Shown: piece after piece, positions 47,475-57,991 of the stretch
Layout of the letters: every line of letters starts with the position of its first letter
How positions within the stretch are numbered: position 1 is the stretch's first letter
Assembly (NCBI GenBank): GCA_015065105.1
Contig: SVQZ01000006.1
Location: 28,274-92,273, forward strand
DNA: 64,000 nt
Reading direction: 5' to 3'
Source: Oscillospiraceae bacterium
Lineage (GTDB): Bacteria > Bacillota > Clostridia > Oscillospirales > CAG-272
Notes under the pieces: model-generated
What the model was told of the DNA's origin: nothing
The model's input: only the letters and a program-made list of their open reading frames with translations
The model's database searches: none
Position numbers and translations under genes: made by a program

Positions 47475-47542
47475 ATCATTTATCTATGGATATACATACT
47501 AAACGTTTAAATTAAATCCCTTAAAAGAGGAGGACGTTCGTT

Positions 47543-48403
47543 TTGGCAAAGAAAAAAATATATGAAGCATACGGCGCATATGCTGCCGACGAGGGCCTTG
47601 TTTTCAGAAAGCCCAAGAATTTTAACCGTAAGAGAAAAACACGGATCTTTTTCATCATTCTTCTGGCATTGCTTCTTACTGCGGCATTGGCATTCGGGGT
47701 ATATAAGCTCTTTTTCGGCCCCGAAAAATACGATGACAGAGACGCGTTCTATTTTACCAGCAATATTTTAAGCGAAGAGGGCGGTAAGTTCAAGGCGGTA
47801 GGCTCTATCGACTTTGATATATATAACTATGCTGATATCCGTACCTCGAAGGTAAAGATAGAGGGCTTTGATATAAAGGTAAGCGCCAACGGTAAGAATA
47901 TTACCAAAAAGGCGGATATGAAGGTGGGCGAAAGAGCAATGGACGCCCGTGTTCCCTCGGCTTGTAACGTAAACATTGAGCTTCCCCGCGAATATCACGA
48001 CAAGCTTATAGAGGTAGAGGTTACCTCCAAGCCGAATAACGTTGTACTCAAGGCGCAGTTTGAATACGAGCCCGAGTACGGCTATAAGGTAAAGGATGAC
48101 GGAGTTTGCGTTGAGGTCATTCTTTTCGCAAACAAGGATGTTACCCTTGACCTCGAATGGGACGGCGAGGCTCTTATTGCCGACAGCACCAATCCCTATA
48201 TTCAGAGCGCGGGTCTCGATAAGACAAAATGCTCTGTTTCCCTTGCAGGCGGTATGAGTACGAGCATATACTTCTTCAAGGCAGATCCAAAGGAAGAATT
48301 CGATAATATGACCGATGCGCTCAGACTCAGCTATAACGATGAGCAGGCGGGAGCAAAGCAGTCGGTACCCAATGAAGAAAAGGAGGCTGAAAAGGATGAA
48401 TAA
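47543..48403 (+). CDS. hypothetical membrane-anchored protein
   Basis: 286 aa. TTG start 9 nt after GAGGAGG. One TM (IFFIILLALLLTAALAFGVY). No motif recognised. Confidence 0.5.
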   Translation: MAKKKIYEAYGAYAADEGLVFRKPKNFNRKRKTRIFFIILLALLLTAALAFGVYKLFFGPEKYDDRDAFYFTSNILSEEGGKFKAVGSIDFDIYNYADIRTSKVKIEGFDIKVSANGKNITKKADMKVGERAMDARVPSACNVNIELPREYHDKLIEVEVTSKPNNVVLKAQFEYEPEYGYKVKDDGVCVEVILFANKDVTLDLEWDGEALIADSTNPYIQSAGLDKTKCSVSLAGGMSTSIYFFKADPKEEFDNMTDALRLSYNDEQAGAKQSVPNEEKEAEKDE

Positions 48404-51400
48404 AGGTATTATTTGCAGGTCTCTTTCGCTTTTACTTACTCTTGTAATGCTTCTTACGGCAATACCTCTTAATATAACTGTATTTGCGGCGGATGCCGCA
48501 ACGGTGGGCGGTGTTGGTTATTCCACCTTAAAGGAGGCGCTTTCCGCCGCTCCCAACGGCTCAACCGTATATATCAATTCAAATATCACCTTAAACGAAA
48601 CCTTGAGCGTTGTAAAGAACGTTACCCTTACCTCTGACGGCGGAGACTATAAGATACAGAGAGGAGCGGGCTTCACCGGAGCTCTTATAAGCGTTACCGG
48701 ATCTCTTACCCTTACCGCATCCTCGGGTAAGCTTACCCTTGACGGTGCCTCTGTTTCTGCAAAGTCCCCCCTTGTAAACGTTAACGGCGGAAACTTTACC
48801 CTTAAGGGCAATACCGTGCTTACGGGTAACGTAAGCTCGGCTTCGAACGGCTCTGCTGTTTCTGTTACGTCGGGTGTGTTCCATTTTGCGGGCGGCTATA
48901 TAGGAGCTAACAGCTCCCTTGGCTACGGCAACGGAGTTTACGTTGCAGACGATAACGGAACCTTTAAGATGTCGGGCAATGCCAATTTCGGTTCGGACTC
49001 AAACGTATATCTGCGCGCATCAACCTATATGGAGATGCCCTCTGAATTGACCGGTACCTCCGATATCACCTTATATACCGAAAACGCCTATGACGGCAGA
49101 AGAGTTGCAAAGGTAACGGGGGGCTTTGAGCTTTCCGACTCCCAGCTTGCCCGCTTCAAGGTATTTTCGGGCAGCAGCGCCATGGAAACGGTATATTCCC
49201 AAGGAAGTCTTCTTGTATCCCTTTCCGAGCTTCCCTCGGATGAGGACGTCTGCAGGATAGGTAACAAGAAATACGATACTCTCGCAGAGGCTCTTGAAGC
49301 CTGTCCCGAGGGTAAAGCTACCGAGATAGTGATCCTTTCGAGCCTTGCTCTTGATTTTGGTATAGTTATCTCGGGAGAAAGAGAGATAACTCTTACCGCG
49401 GAAAGCCAGAGCGTTATATCCCGTGCTCTTACCTTTACGGGCGGAGCTATGTTCAAGGTTGAAAAGGGCTCTGTGCTTACCCTGAACGGTTCGCTCCAGA
49501 TAAGCGGCTCCTCCATAGCTGCAAACGAGGGAGCTATAGACGTTGAGGGCTCTCTTGTAATGAACAAGGGTGTAGGTATTACAAACCATATTTGCGACCG
49601 CGGTGTCGTTAAGGTAAGCGGCAGCTTCGAAATGAAGGGCGGTACGCTCAGCGGTAACACGGTAAGCCTCGGTACTGTATATGTTTCTTACGGCAGCTTT
49701 GAAATGAAGGGCGGCGAGATAAGAAACAACAATGCGGTAAACGGCGGCGGTGTTTATCTCGAAGCGGGCAGCTTTGAAATGAAGGGCGGCAGTATATCGC
49801 AGAACAGCGCGGCGCAAGGAAGCTGTGTGTGGGCAGGTGCAAACTTTACCCTTTCGGGTTCTGCGGCTCTTTATAATACGGGCGATGCCATATCCATGGT
49901 ATATCTTTCTACCGATGCGCTTATCAACGTTGCACAGGGCTGGGAGCCCAAGAGCGCAGAGGGATATTCAACCGTTATTACCATCGCTGTAAAGGAGCTT
50001 AAGCTCAATGCCGTTGTGGCTGAATTTGCCGAAGAGGCGAAGGCTGACAATTTTGCTCTTGCCGAGAGCATGGGCAGGCAGTATGCGTTGAAGGCGGACG
50101 GTAAGAATATCAAGATAGTTTCTGCAGACGACGCATACGTTGCGTTTTACAATAACGAGGGCTACCTCACAATAGAGGAGGCCTTTGAAAAGATACCCGA
50201 GAATGCGATCGCAACCGTTACGGTTGTAGGCGATGCGTTAATGAGCGCTACCGTTACGGTAAAGAAGGGTCAGAATATCACCCTTATAGCGGGCGAAAGC
50301 ATTCTTGAAACAGACAGTACTATACGCAGTATAAAGCGTTCCGAGGATTTTTACGCACCCTTCTTCATAGTTGAAAATGAAGCCTCCCTTTCTATCGGTG
50401 CACCCGAGGGCAAGACCCTTTGTATAGACGGTGAGTCGAAAGAGGTATCAGGCTCGGCCTTTACCGTTTACGGAATCTTAGGTATAGGCGAGGGCGCGCT
50501 TATAAAGGCAAACAATAACAAAAAGGGAGAGAATCTTACACAAACTCCCGTATATACCTTCGGCGGTGCGGTGCTTGTCGGCGAAAAGGGTGTATGTACC
50601 CTTTCGGGCGGAGCAATCGAGGGCTGTTATGCATCGATGGGCGGTGCGGTTTACGTGACCGACGGTCTTCTTAACCTTTCGGGCGGAAGTATATCAAAGA
50701 ACAGCGCAATATTCGGCGGCGCGGTATATCTCAATACCGCCACCCTTTACGAAAAACAGCAGATAAAGCAGGGCGAGGAGCCTCTTTGCGCGGTATTCAA
50801 TATGACTGAGGGCTCATTGAAGGAAAATTCTGCATGGGCGGTTCCTTCTGTCAAGTATTCGGGTCTGGGCGGTGCCATCCTTGCAGGTAACGGCTCGAAG
50901 GCAGTTCTTTCGGGCGGTGACCTTACCTCGAACAAGGCTGACCACGGTTCGGCGGCGGCTATAGGTAATATGCCCGCAAAGGCGGACGATCCTTTTGACG
51001 CTCCCTCCTTCGTTCTTACCAAAACTGTAGTTATCGCCGAGGATAACGGTATCTATCTTACCATTCCCGGAAGCTCTTTCGTTCGGGTGACCGAGTCTCT
51101 TGAAGCGCAGAAGAGCGCTATAGAGCTTACAATTCCCGATTCCTTGCCCGCTCATATGCCCTTGGTAAAGTTCGATCCCGAAAAGACCGAGGATGATAAG
51201 AAGGACGAAGAGGAAAGAGTTGTTTCGGCTAAGCCCGCCATTGAAAAGAAGCTTTTCAAGCTGGAAAAGAGTGCGGCTGAAAAGTACGGTCTTTCGGTGA
51301 GTGCTCTCGACGAATCTCTTATCATCAATACTACCGAGGACGGTGTTTTTGCAGGCTATAAGAGCGGCAGGTATTATAACGCTATTACAAGATACAAAAC

Positions 51401-52763
51401 GGTAAAGAATACCGGAGATGATGAAAAGTCCGAGGAAAAGAAGGAAGAAAAGGAAGAGAAAAAGACCCAGCTTTCTTACGAGCCCATTACCGTTGGAGAA
51501 AAGGGAATATTCAGCGTTTACTATGAAATGAATTATTATCTTGACGGCTATAAGAGCATTACTCCCATGCTCACGGCTCCCTTTGCAAAGGGTACCAAGA
51601 TAACCATGATAGATACCACCGGCGAGGAAAATACAGGCTACTATTACTACGTTGTAACCGGCGAGGAAAAGGTCAAGGAAAAGGGCTCTGCCACCGAGAT
51701 ACTCGATGACGACGGAAGAAAGCTTATCTCCCTTGATACCGTTGAGATACCCTTGAGCGATTTCTGCAGGATGGGTACTGAGAGCGAGGGCTATAAGCTG
51801 CAGTTCAGCTCGGATGCGAAGGAGATAACCGAAAAGGTTACCTTTGTGGTCGATATGACAGAAGCGGAGATAGAAGAGACAAGGACCTCCCTCGGTGATT
51901 TCGTTATGGTATGGAATCATTACGTTGTGGATTCCAAGCTCGGTCTTAAGTATGATATTTCCGAATTTATCGGACACGCAAAATACACCGTGACCGATGA
52001 AAAGCATTCCAAGATAGACCTTTCTTTCGAGGATAAGGAAATTTCCGTTTCCTATACTCTTTCTCCCGAAAGTGCGGCAATAGCTTCAAAGCAGGGCGTT
52101 ATTATGCTTTCTTTGGGTACAAGATTCCCCAAGGGAACTGTTCTTACCGATGAAAAGGGCAACTCTTATACCGCCCCCGAACGCTCCAGCCTTCTTGCGA
52201 TAGCCATACCCCGCGATTCAAAGGGTAATATAGTCAAGAACGGCTCGCTGACCTTGACACTTTCCAACTACTACGGTACAAAGATCCCCGAATCCTCCCT
52301 GAGAGCTTATATTTATCCGAGTAATGACGGAAAGCATTATGCCGACGGTGCGGATTACGATGCACGAAGTGAATCGGTAACGCTCTCCCTTGCTCCCGCA
52401 GACGAATACGGAATACTCGTTACCACCCTTGACGGCAAGGATAAGCCCTTCTACGAGGGCTGTGAAAAGCTCCTTGATAAGGGCAGTCTTGAAATGAAGG
52501 TCAAGGCTGTGGTAAATGCAGAGGAGACCGATAAATTCCGTCTGTTCCTTGAAAAGAAGCAGAAGGACGGAAGCTACAAGCAGACAGCCCTTTCCGAGCT
52601 CTTTGTTATCGGAGACAAGAAGGCGGAAATGGTTGAATTAGGTACGGGTAATATAAGTCTTGAGCTTCGCGCTGACCTTGAAAAGCTTAAGGGAAGCGAA
52701 TTTAAGATAGGCTTTAAGAATGAAAAGGCGGTAGAATATATAAAAGTTAATATAACCAAATAA
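48396..52763 (+). CDS. giant secreted protein with right-handed beta-helix-type repeats
   Basis: Start reset to ATG 48396 (AGGAGG upstream, overlaps the upstream stop by 8 nt). Signal peptide present. Many repeats of the G-G-[AG]-[VI]-Y / [NS]-S-A type (GGGVYLEAGSFEMKGGSISQNSA, MGGAVYVTDGLLNLSGGSISKNSAIFGGAVYL). Confidence 0.65.
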   Translation: MNKGIICRSLSLLLTLVMLLTAIPLNITVFAADAATVGGVGYSTLKEALSAAPNGSTVYINSNITLNETLSVVKNVTLTSDGGDYKIQRGAGFTGALISVTGSLTLTASSGKLTLDGASVSAKSPLVNVNGGNFTLKGNTVLTGNVSSASNGSAVSVTSGVFHFAGGYIGANSSLGYGNGVYVADDNGTFKMSGNANFGSDSNVYLRASTYMEMPSELTGTSDITLYTENAYDGRRVAKVTGGFELSDSQLARFKVFSGSSAMETVYSQGSLLVSLSELPSDEDVCRIGNKKYDTLAEALEACPEGKATEIVILSSLALDFGIVISGEREITLTAESQSVISRALTFTGGAMFKVEKGSVLTLNGSLQISGSSIAANEGAIDVEGSLVMNKGVGITNHICDRGVVKVSGSFEMKGGTLSGNTVSLGTVYVSYGSFEMKGGEIRNNNAVNGGGVYLEAGSFEMKGGSISQNSAAQGSCVWAGANFTLSGSAALYNTGDAISMVYLSTDALINVAQGWEPKSAEGYSTVITIAVKELKLNAVVAEFAEEAKADNFALAESMGRQYALKADGKNIKIVSADDAYVAFYNNEGYLTIEEAFEKIPENAIATVTVVGDALMSATVTVKKGQNITLIAGESILETDSTIRSIKRSEDFYAPFFIVENEASLSIGAPEGKTLCIDGESKEVSGSAFTVYGILGIGEGALIKANNNKKGENLTQTPVYTFGGAVLVGEKGVCTLSGGAIEGCYASMGGAVYVTDGLLNLSGGSISKNSAIFGGAVYLNTATLYEKQQIKQGEEPLCAVFNMTEGSLKENSAWAVPSVKYSGLGGAILAGNGSKAVLSGGDLTSNKADHGSAAAIGNMPAKADDPFDAPSFVLTKTVVIAEDNGIYLTIPGSSFVRVTESLEAQKSAIELTIPDSLPAHMPLVKFDPEKTEDDKKDEEERVVSAKPAIEKKLFKLEKSAAEKYGLSVSALDESLIINTTEDGVFAGYKSGRYYNAITRYKTVKNTGDDEKSEEKKEEKEEKKTQLSYEPITVGEKGIFSVYYEMNYYLDGYKSITPMLTAPFAKGTKITMIDTTGEENTGYYYYVVTGEEKVKEKGSATEILDDDGRKLISLDTVEIPLSDFCRMGTESEGYKLQFSSDAKEITEKVTFVVDMTEAEIEETRTSLGDFVMVWNHYVVDSKLGLKYDISEFIGHAKYTVTDEKHSKIDLSFEDKEISVSYTLSPESAAIASKQGVIMLSLGTRFPKGTVLTDEKGNSYTAPERSSLLAIAIPRDSKGNIVKNGSLTLTLSNYYGTKIPESSLRAYIYPSNDGKHYADGADYDARSESVTLSLAPADEYGILVTTLDGKDKPFYEGCEKLLDKGSLEMKVKAVVNAEETDKFRLFLEKKQKDGSYKQTALSELFVIGDKKAEMVELGTGNISLELRADLEKLKGSEFKIGFKNEKAVEYIKVNITK

Positions 52764-52779
52764 TTTTTATAAAAAAATA

Positions 52780-52808
52780 TTGCATTTTTGTTCATAATAT
52801 GGTAAAAT
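52780..52808 (+). promoter_or_regulatory. sigma-A type promoter
   Basis: TTGCAT (52780-52785), 17 nt, TAAAAT (52803-52808). Confidence 0.5.
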
Positions 52809-52849
52809 ATCAGTAGATATATAATAAAGCATAAAAGGGGGTTCAGTAA

Positions 52850-53449
52850 ATGAACAAAATAATTACTATCAGCCGTCAGTATGGCAGCGGCGGAAGAGAA
52901 ATAGGAGCGAAGCTTGCAGAAAAGTTCGGTATCCCCTTTTACGACAATGCCCTCATCGAAATGGCGGCAAAGGAAAGCGGTTTCTCCGAAAAGTATTTTG
53001 AGGATCCCGAAAAGAACGCAAGTAATAGTTTTCTCTACTCTATCGTACGCGGAATGCAGTACCAATATCGCAACGCAACACCCTGGAGTCTTGAGGAAAC
53101 GGTTTATACCACCCAGTCTGATATAATCCGCAAAAAGGCTGACGAGGGGCCCTGCGTTATCATCGGACGCTGTGCCGATCATATTCTTTCCGACTATGAA
53201 AACGTTTTGAAGATATTCGTTCACGCGGATCTCTCCTTCCGTATTGAAAGAGCGGTACGTATCGACGGTGTTGACCCCAAGGAGGCAAAGGACACTATTT
53301 CCAAGAAGGATAAGCGCCGTATGAACTACTATAACTATCATTCGGATACAAAGTGGGGAGATGCCCTCAACTATCATCTCTGCATTGATTCGAGCGTTTG
53401 CGGTGTGGATAAAGCAGTTGAAATTATTGCCGAGTATATCGGAGAATAA
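52850..53449 (+). CDS. cytidylate kinase-like family protein
   Basis: IITISRQYGSGGREIGAKLAEKFGIPFYD is the typical N-terminus of this family. 199 aa. Confidence 0.75.
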   Translation: MNKIITISRQYGSGGREIGAKLAEKFGIPFYDNALIEMAAKESGFSEKYFEDPEKNASNSFLYSIVRGMQYQYRNATPWSLEETVYTTQSDIIRKKADEGPCVIIGRCADHILSDYENVLKIFVHADLSFRIERAVRIDGVDPKEAKDTISKKDKRRMNYYNYHSDTKWGDALNYHLCIDSSVCGVDKAVEIIAEYIGE

Positions 53450-53504
53450 ATAATTGTAATTAAAGGAGCCGCTTTACGGCTCCTTTTATCTATAGGAGTT
53501 ATAT

Positions 53505-56015
53505 ATGTTTTTTAAAAGATTAAATGAGATAGTTGCCATGGTAAGAGACCTTAAGGCAACAAAGGAAAATACTCTTCCCGATAATTCATATTTTCTGCCC
53601 GATTCGAGCGTGCTTTGCTATCCCAGAAAATACGGCGAATCGAGATACCCCTATTACAGCGACGGTCTTGTTATGTTTGCAAGATCGAGCGGTTATATCG
53701 ATATAAACGAGGGAACCTTCCACGTTTTCAGGACGGCGAACTATAACGAGGATGCGGTCATCGGATTCTTTGCGGGCGAAGAAAGAAAGGAAGGATATTT
53801 TCCCCTTTCGGTCCTCGGAGCGGGAAAACAGCTTTTTGAACCGGAAGACGTTAAGAGATACACCGTTTATTCTCCCGAGTGTGTTTACTACATAGTTGAA
53901 AGTTCGTCGTGTATCTATGCGGTGCGCGGTTACGTGGATGCCGACAAGCATATACGTTTTACAATGGGTGCTGTCAACCGCGCGGAAGAAAAGAAGATAT
54001 ATCTTGCATCATATTTTGAACCCATGCTCCGTTATATTGCGGCAGAGGGCTTCTTTAACAGAATGACAAAGCATTCAAAGCTTCTTCCCAACGGAAGCTA
54101 TATAATGAAAAGCCTTAATGCCTGTTACGACTGTCTTTCTATACGCGTTGCCTGCGGCGGTAACGTAACAGAAAAGTATTCAACCACCGCAAAGCGTACC
54201 TTCCTCGGCTTAAAGGGCGGATGCCTTGCGAATGCCGAGGCGCTTAAAAACGGTAAGCCCGATTTCACCGTTACAAATACCAACACCACCGACCTTCCTG
54301 TTGCCTGCGATTTCTATCATTTCGATCTTAAGGCGGGCGAGTATGCCAGGGTTGACTATGAGCTTCTTGTAACTGCGGACGAGCTTATTGCGGAATGCTT
54401 TGCTCTCGGCAAGGTAGATGCAGAGGCGGCAGACCTGGAGCTCGGCAGATCGGCAAAGGCTGAAAAGGCGGAAAACGCAGAGCTTAAAGCGAATTTCGGC
54501 AAGTGGGAGGAGGAGCGCATCGGAGGGGGTGTACTCAATAATTTCCTTGATTACGTCAAGCGTCAGATCAGCCTCTGTGCTCTCGGTAAGAGCTATGCGG
54601 AAAGTATGCTCGGTATCCGTGACGTATTCCAACAGCTTGAGGCCTCGCTTATCTGGCAGAGCGAGAGGTCAAGAGCTCAGATAGTGAAGGTCATGAATTA
54701 TATTTTAGAGGACGGCCGTGCTCCGAGACAGATATCCTTCCCGTCGAGCGAGAAGCCTGTACCCGACATGGATCTTCGGCCCTATATCGACCAGGGCCCC
54801 TGGATAATAGATACCCTTTATACCTATCTTGCGTTTACGGGTGACAGCTCGATACTTGACGAGGAGTGTTCTTATTACAGAGTTGAAAATACTCTCGGTC
54901 CGGTGCTTGAAAGTGACAGACGCGACAGTATATTAGAGCATCTTTGTGCTATAACCGATTATCTTGTTTCAAATATTACTCCCGAAACAGGGCTTTTGCG
55001 CGCTCTCTGGGGCGATTGGAACGATGCTATAGACGGAATCGGCAGAACCAAGGACGAAGGCGCGGAATTCGGTTCGGGTGTCAGCGTTATGGCAAGCGCC
55101 CAGCTTTATTGCGCTCTTGATAAGATGGCAAAGATACTTAAAATGAAGGGTAATGAGGAAAAGGCTGAAGAGTATCTTGAAATAAGAAGGGCGCTCGGCG
55201 AAAGCTACAGAGAAAATGCGGTTTGCGAGGAGCTTGGAGTTAAGAGGATACTTCACGGCTGGGGCGATAAGCGCGAATATTTTGCGGGCAGTTACGAGGA
55301 TTATGACGGCAAGTCAAGGATCAGCCTTACAGCCCATGCCTTTGCGGTAATTTCGGATATTACAAGAAAATATCCCGAGCTGCGCGCAGATATAATCAAG
55401 AATATTCTTTCTCTCGATTCTAAATACGGACTTCTCACCTTCAGCGAGTCCTTTGACGAGATAGACGCGAGAATAGGCAGGATCTCCACAATCACACCCG
55501 GTACCTACGAAAACAAGGCGGCTTACGTTCATGCAAGCACCTTCGGTATTATGGCGCTCTTCCTCTTGGGCGAGAGCAGGCAGGCATGGAGACAGCTTGA
55601 AAAGTCTATGGTAATTACCCATGACAATGCAACCCTTACTACTTTCGTTATGCCCAATTCCTACTGTGCAAGCGAGGAATACTTTATAGACGGTGTTTCT
55701 ATGGGCGACTGGTACACAGGAAGCGGTACCGTGCTTATCAAGGAGCTTGTACGCTTCGGCTTCGGTGTTGACCCCGACCTTTGCGGCTTAAGGATCGCTC
55801 CCCCTGTTTATTTCCCTTGTGAGGATGCAAGTCTTGACCTTACCGTAAAGGGCCGTAAGATAAGAGTGAACGTTTACGGTGCGGGAGAGCAGCAGAGAAG
55901 GATATACCTTAACGGCAATGATATTACCGGCGGCTTTGACGAGCAGATGAAAACAAATACCGCCTATATTCCCGAAAACGAGCTTACAGACGGTATGGTG
56001 ATCGATATTAAATAA
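53505..56015 (+). CDS. (alpha/alpha)6-barrel glycoside phosphorylase/hydrolase-like protein (GH94-like)
   Basis: 836 aa. LWGDWNDAIDG resembles the catalytic DWND segment of cellobiose/chitobiose phosphorylase-type enzymes. No signal peptide. The family call is tentative. Confidence 0.45.
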   Translation: MFFKRLNEIVAMVRDLKATKENTLPDNSYFLPDSSVLCYPRKYGESRYPYYSDGLVMFARSSGYIDINEGTFHVFRTANYNEDAVIGFFAGEERKEGYFPLSVLGAGKQLFEPEDVKRYTVYSPECVYYIVESSSCIYAVRGYVDADKHIRFTMGAVNRAEEKKIYLASYFEPMLRYIAAEGFFNRMTKHSKLLPNGSYIMKSLNACYDCLSIRVACGGNVTEKYSTTAKRTFLGLKGGCLANAEALKNGKPDFTVTNTNTTDLPVACDFYHFDLKAGEYARVDYELLVTADELIAECFALGKVDAEAADLELGRSAKAEKAENAELKANFGKWEEERIGGGVLNNFLDYVKRQISLCALGKSYAESMLGIRDVFQQLEASLIWQSERSRAQIVKVMNYILEDGRAPRQISFPSSEKPVPDMDLRPYIDQGPWIIDTLYTYLAFTGDSSILDEECSYYRVENTLGPVLESDRRDSILEHLCAITDYLVSNITPETGLLRALWGDWNDAIDGIGRTKDEGAEFGSGVSVMASAQLYCALDKMAKILKMKGNEEKAEEYLEIRRALGESYRENAVCEELGVKRILHGWGDKREYFAGSYEDYDGKSRISLTAHAFAVISDITRKYPELRADIIKNILSLDSKYGLLTFSESFDEIDARIGRISTITPGTYENKAAYVHASTFGIMALFLLGESRQAWRQLEKSMVITHDNATLTTFVMPNSYCASEEYFIDGVSMGDWYTGSGTVLIKELVRFGFGVDPDLCGLRIAPPVYFPCEDASLDLTVKGRKIRVNVYGAGEQQRRIYLNGNDITGGFDEQMKTNTAYIPENELTDGMVIDIK

Positions 56016-56037
56016 TAAGTGTAAAAAGCGGTGTGAA

Positions 56038-56068
56038 CTCATTATTCACACCGCTTTTAATGTATAAG
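56038..56068 (+). terminator. rho-independent terminator
   Basis: gcggtgtgaa-ctcatta-ttcacaccgc plus tttt. The same stem sequence recurs at 59823-59849 and, degenerate, at 40010-40032. Confidence 0.75.
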
Positions 56069-56248
56069 AAATTGCTTTGTTTCGTGTGAGTTGTTTGCGC
56101 CAAGGAATCGAGCGGGACTCGGTGCGCCCGGCGCCCACTTTTTAAATGTATAGGAAATTGCTCCACTTCGGGCACTGAAGAAACAAGCTTATGTAAGGTT
56201 TACACCCGATCATCGGTGCGGGCCGGCGCCCGCTTTTTAACAGGAGAT
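56069..56248 (+). repeat. type-B then type-A copies of the intergenic repeat family, head to tail
   Basis: 56069-56153: AATGTATAAGAAATTGCTTTGTTTCGTGTGAGTTGTTTGCGCC...GGTGCGCCCGGCGCCCACTTTTT. 56154-56248: AAATGTATAGGAAATTGCTCCACTTCGGGCACTGAAGAAACAAGCTTATGTAAGG...CGGTGCGGGCCGGCGCCCGCTTTTT. Confidence 0.85.
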
Positions 56249-56294
56249 TCTCCGCTTTCCTGTGAGAAGCCTTCGGCTATGAAAGATCAGTAGC

Positions 56295-57158
56295 TTATTC
56301 TTCGTAGTTCGCGCACCATTCCAAAAGGTTTCCGCCCTTCGAACCCTCAAAGGCATTCCATGCAACCACTCTGTTTTTTGAAGGGATAAGAACTAACTGC
56401 TGGCCGAACATACCGCCCTTATTGAATATCCTGCCGTCATATTCGGGATGGAGCTCGTAAGAATTGGAGAAAACTATATCCACCCATTCCTCGGAAATAA
56501 TACGCTTACCGCGGTAGAGACCCTTTTGCATATATACCACACCCAGCTTTGCCATGTCACGGCTCCTTATGTAAAGCCCGGTGGCGCCCATGGGGTAATG
56601 ATGGGGACATCTGCTCCACGATGCCTCCTGAAATCCGAGGGGCCAGAAGAGCTTATCCCAGAGATAATCGTCCATTTTCTCACCGCATTTTGCAGAAAAA
56701 ACGCGTGAGAGCATATAGAATGCCGCGTCGCTGTAGCTGCAGCCCTTGCCGGGCTCGTAGCACAGAGGTGTTTCGAATATATATTTAAGAAAATCGGGAC
56801 CGAAATTCTCATGGATGCCGTAGCAGTCTATATCAAGCATCCCGCCTTTAAATCCGCAGGCATGGCGGAGAAGATGATCTATCGTCATTTTCTCAAAGCG
56901 CGGATCTGTTTTTTCGTTTACGTATTCGGGGAAGATATCAACTACCCTTTCATCAAGGGAGATAAGCCCCTTATCATAAAGCATACCTATGGCTGTTACC
57001 GTGAACACCTTTGCCACCGAATAGGAATTGAAGCAGGCGGTAACAGGGGATATTTCAACGGTTTCGGGCTCCTCTTCGCCGATCATTTCGGAAACTCTGA
57101 ACAGGTTATTTCCCCATTCCTTGGCCTGCTTTACAAAATCATCTAAAAATTTGCTCAT
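56295..57158 (-). CDS. serine hydrolase, beta-lactamase/transpeptidase-like family
   Basis: 287 aa. S-x-x-K motif (YSVAK) about 45 aa from the N-terminus and a YSD-type second motif (CSYSDAAF). Confidence 0.65.
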   Translation of the reverse strand: MSKFLDDFVKQAKEWGNNLFRVSEMIGEEEPETVEISPVTACFNSYSVAKVFTVTAIGMLYDKGLISLDERVVDIFPEYVNEKTDPRFEKMTIDHLLRHACGFKGGMLDIDCYGIHENFGPDFLKYIFETPLCYEPGKGCSYSDAAFYMLSRVFSAKCGEKMDDYLWDKLFWPLGFQEASWSRCPHHYPMGATGLYIRSRDMAKLGVVYMQKGLYRGKRIISEEWVDIVFSNSYELHPEYDGRIFNKGGMFGQQLVLIPSKNRVVAWNAFEGSKGGNLLEWCANYEE

Positions 57159-57274
57159 GTGCTTATCCTTTCTTTGGCTTTTTAGCCTTCAATGACGGCA
57201 CCCGGAGCGGAGCCGTAAGCTTAATATATAATAGCATATATTTGTTCAATATTCAATTACTCTTTTTTAAAATA

Positions 57275-57303
57275 TTGACAAGTTTTTTTGATAATGGTAT
57301 AAT
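57275..57303 (+). promoter_or_regulatory. consensus sigma-A promoter
   Basis: TTGACA (57275-57280), 17 nt, TATAAT (57298-57303). Confidence 0.65.
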
Positions 57304-57330
57304 AAACTAAACCGTAAAGGAGGTAAACCT

Positions 57331-57984
57331 ATGGATAATAATATTCACGATATATCGGAGAATGAAATAACCGAAGAGCTTTCCGTAAATGGGGAGAGCG
57401 CAGCAGAGATTACCGAAGAGCTGACAGCAGCGAAGAAAAAGGGCTCAAGCGTTGCATCTATAGCGGGCTTTATTCTTTCTCTTGTTTCGTTGATCCCCGT
57501 ATTGAATATCCTCAGCTGGCTGCCCTCGCTTATTTTATCGATAATCGGCTGGGCAAGATCAAAGAAGCAGAACCGCAAAAAGTGTCTCGCCGTTTCGGCT
57601 GTTATAATCGATTTAGTTATACTTCTTGTAAGCGCTGCCCTTATCGTCGGCATTGCCATCTATTTTTCGGGAGATGCCGAGGGCTTCGAGTCCTATAAAA
57701 AGCTCGAAAAGGAAAACGATTGGATAAAGGTTACCGATGAATACGTTATTATCGATACCAACCCCGATGACGTTATTAACAAAAACAATCAAGAAGCTCT
57801 TTGGCAGATAGAGGTGATAAATGACGATCTCATTTTCGAGGAAGGTCTTTACGATAGAATGATGGATACCTCATTCCTTGACGGAACACATTCAGAAAAA
57901 AACGAAACTGACGAATATTCGGTGAGCTGGTGGTATCATCCCAATTACGGACTCGAAGTTACTTACAAGGTTATAGAAAAGTGA
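57331..57984 (+). CDS. hypothetical membrane protein
   Basis: 217 aa. Two TM helices (DUF4190-like GFILSLVSLIPVLNILSWLPSLILSIIGW). Confidence 0.5.
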   Translation: MDNNIHDISENEITEELSVNGESAAEITEELTAAKKKGSSVASIAGFILSLVSLIPVLNILSWLPSLILSIIGWARSKKQNRKKCLAVSAVIIDLVILLVSAALIVGIAIYFSGDAEGFESYKKLEKENDWIKVTDEYVIIDTNPDDVINKNNQEALWQIEVINDDLIFEEGLYDRMMDTSFLDGTHSEKNETDEYSVSWWYHPNYGLEVTYKVIEK

Positions 57985-57991
57985 GGAAATA

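Noticed and set aside
50814-52007. Long antisense ORFs inside large genes: 50814-52007 (397 aa), 30941-31885 (314 aa), 62964-63860 (298 aa), 49071-49817, 14774-15412, 20770-21087 and others.
   Set aside because: Each lies opposite a gene with clear domain motifs (beta-helix protein, metallophosphoesterase, PNPase, adhesins). They have biased low-complexity composition and no RBS.
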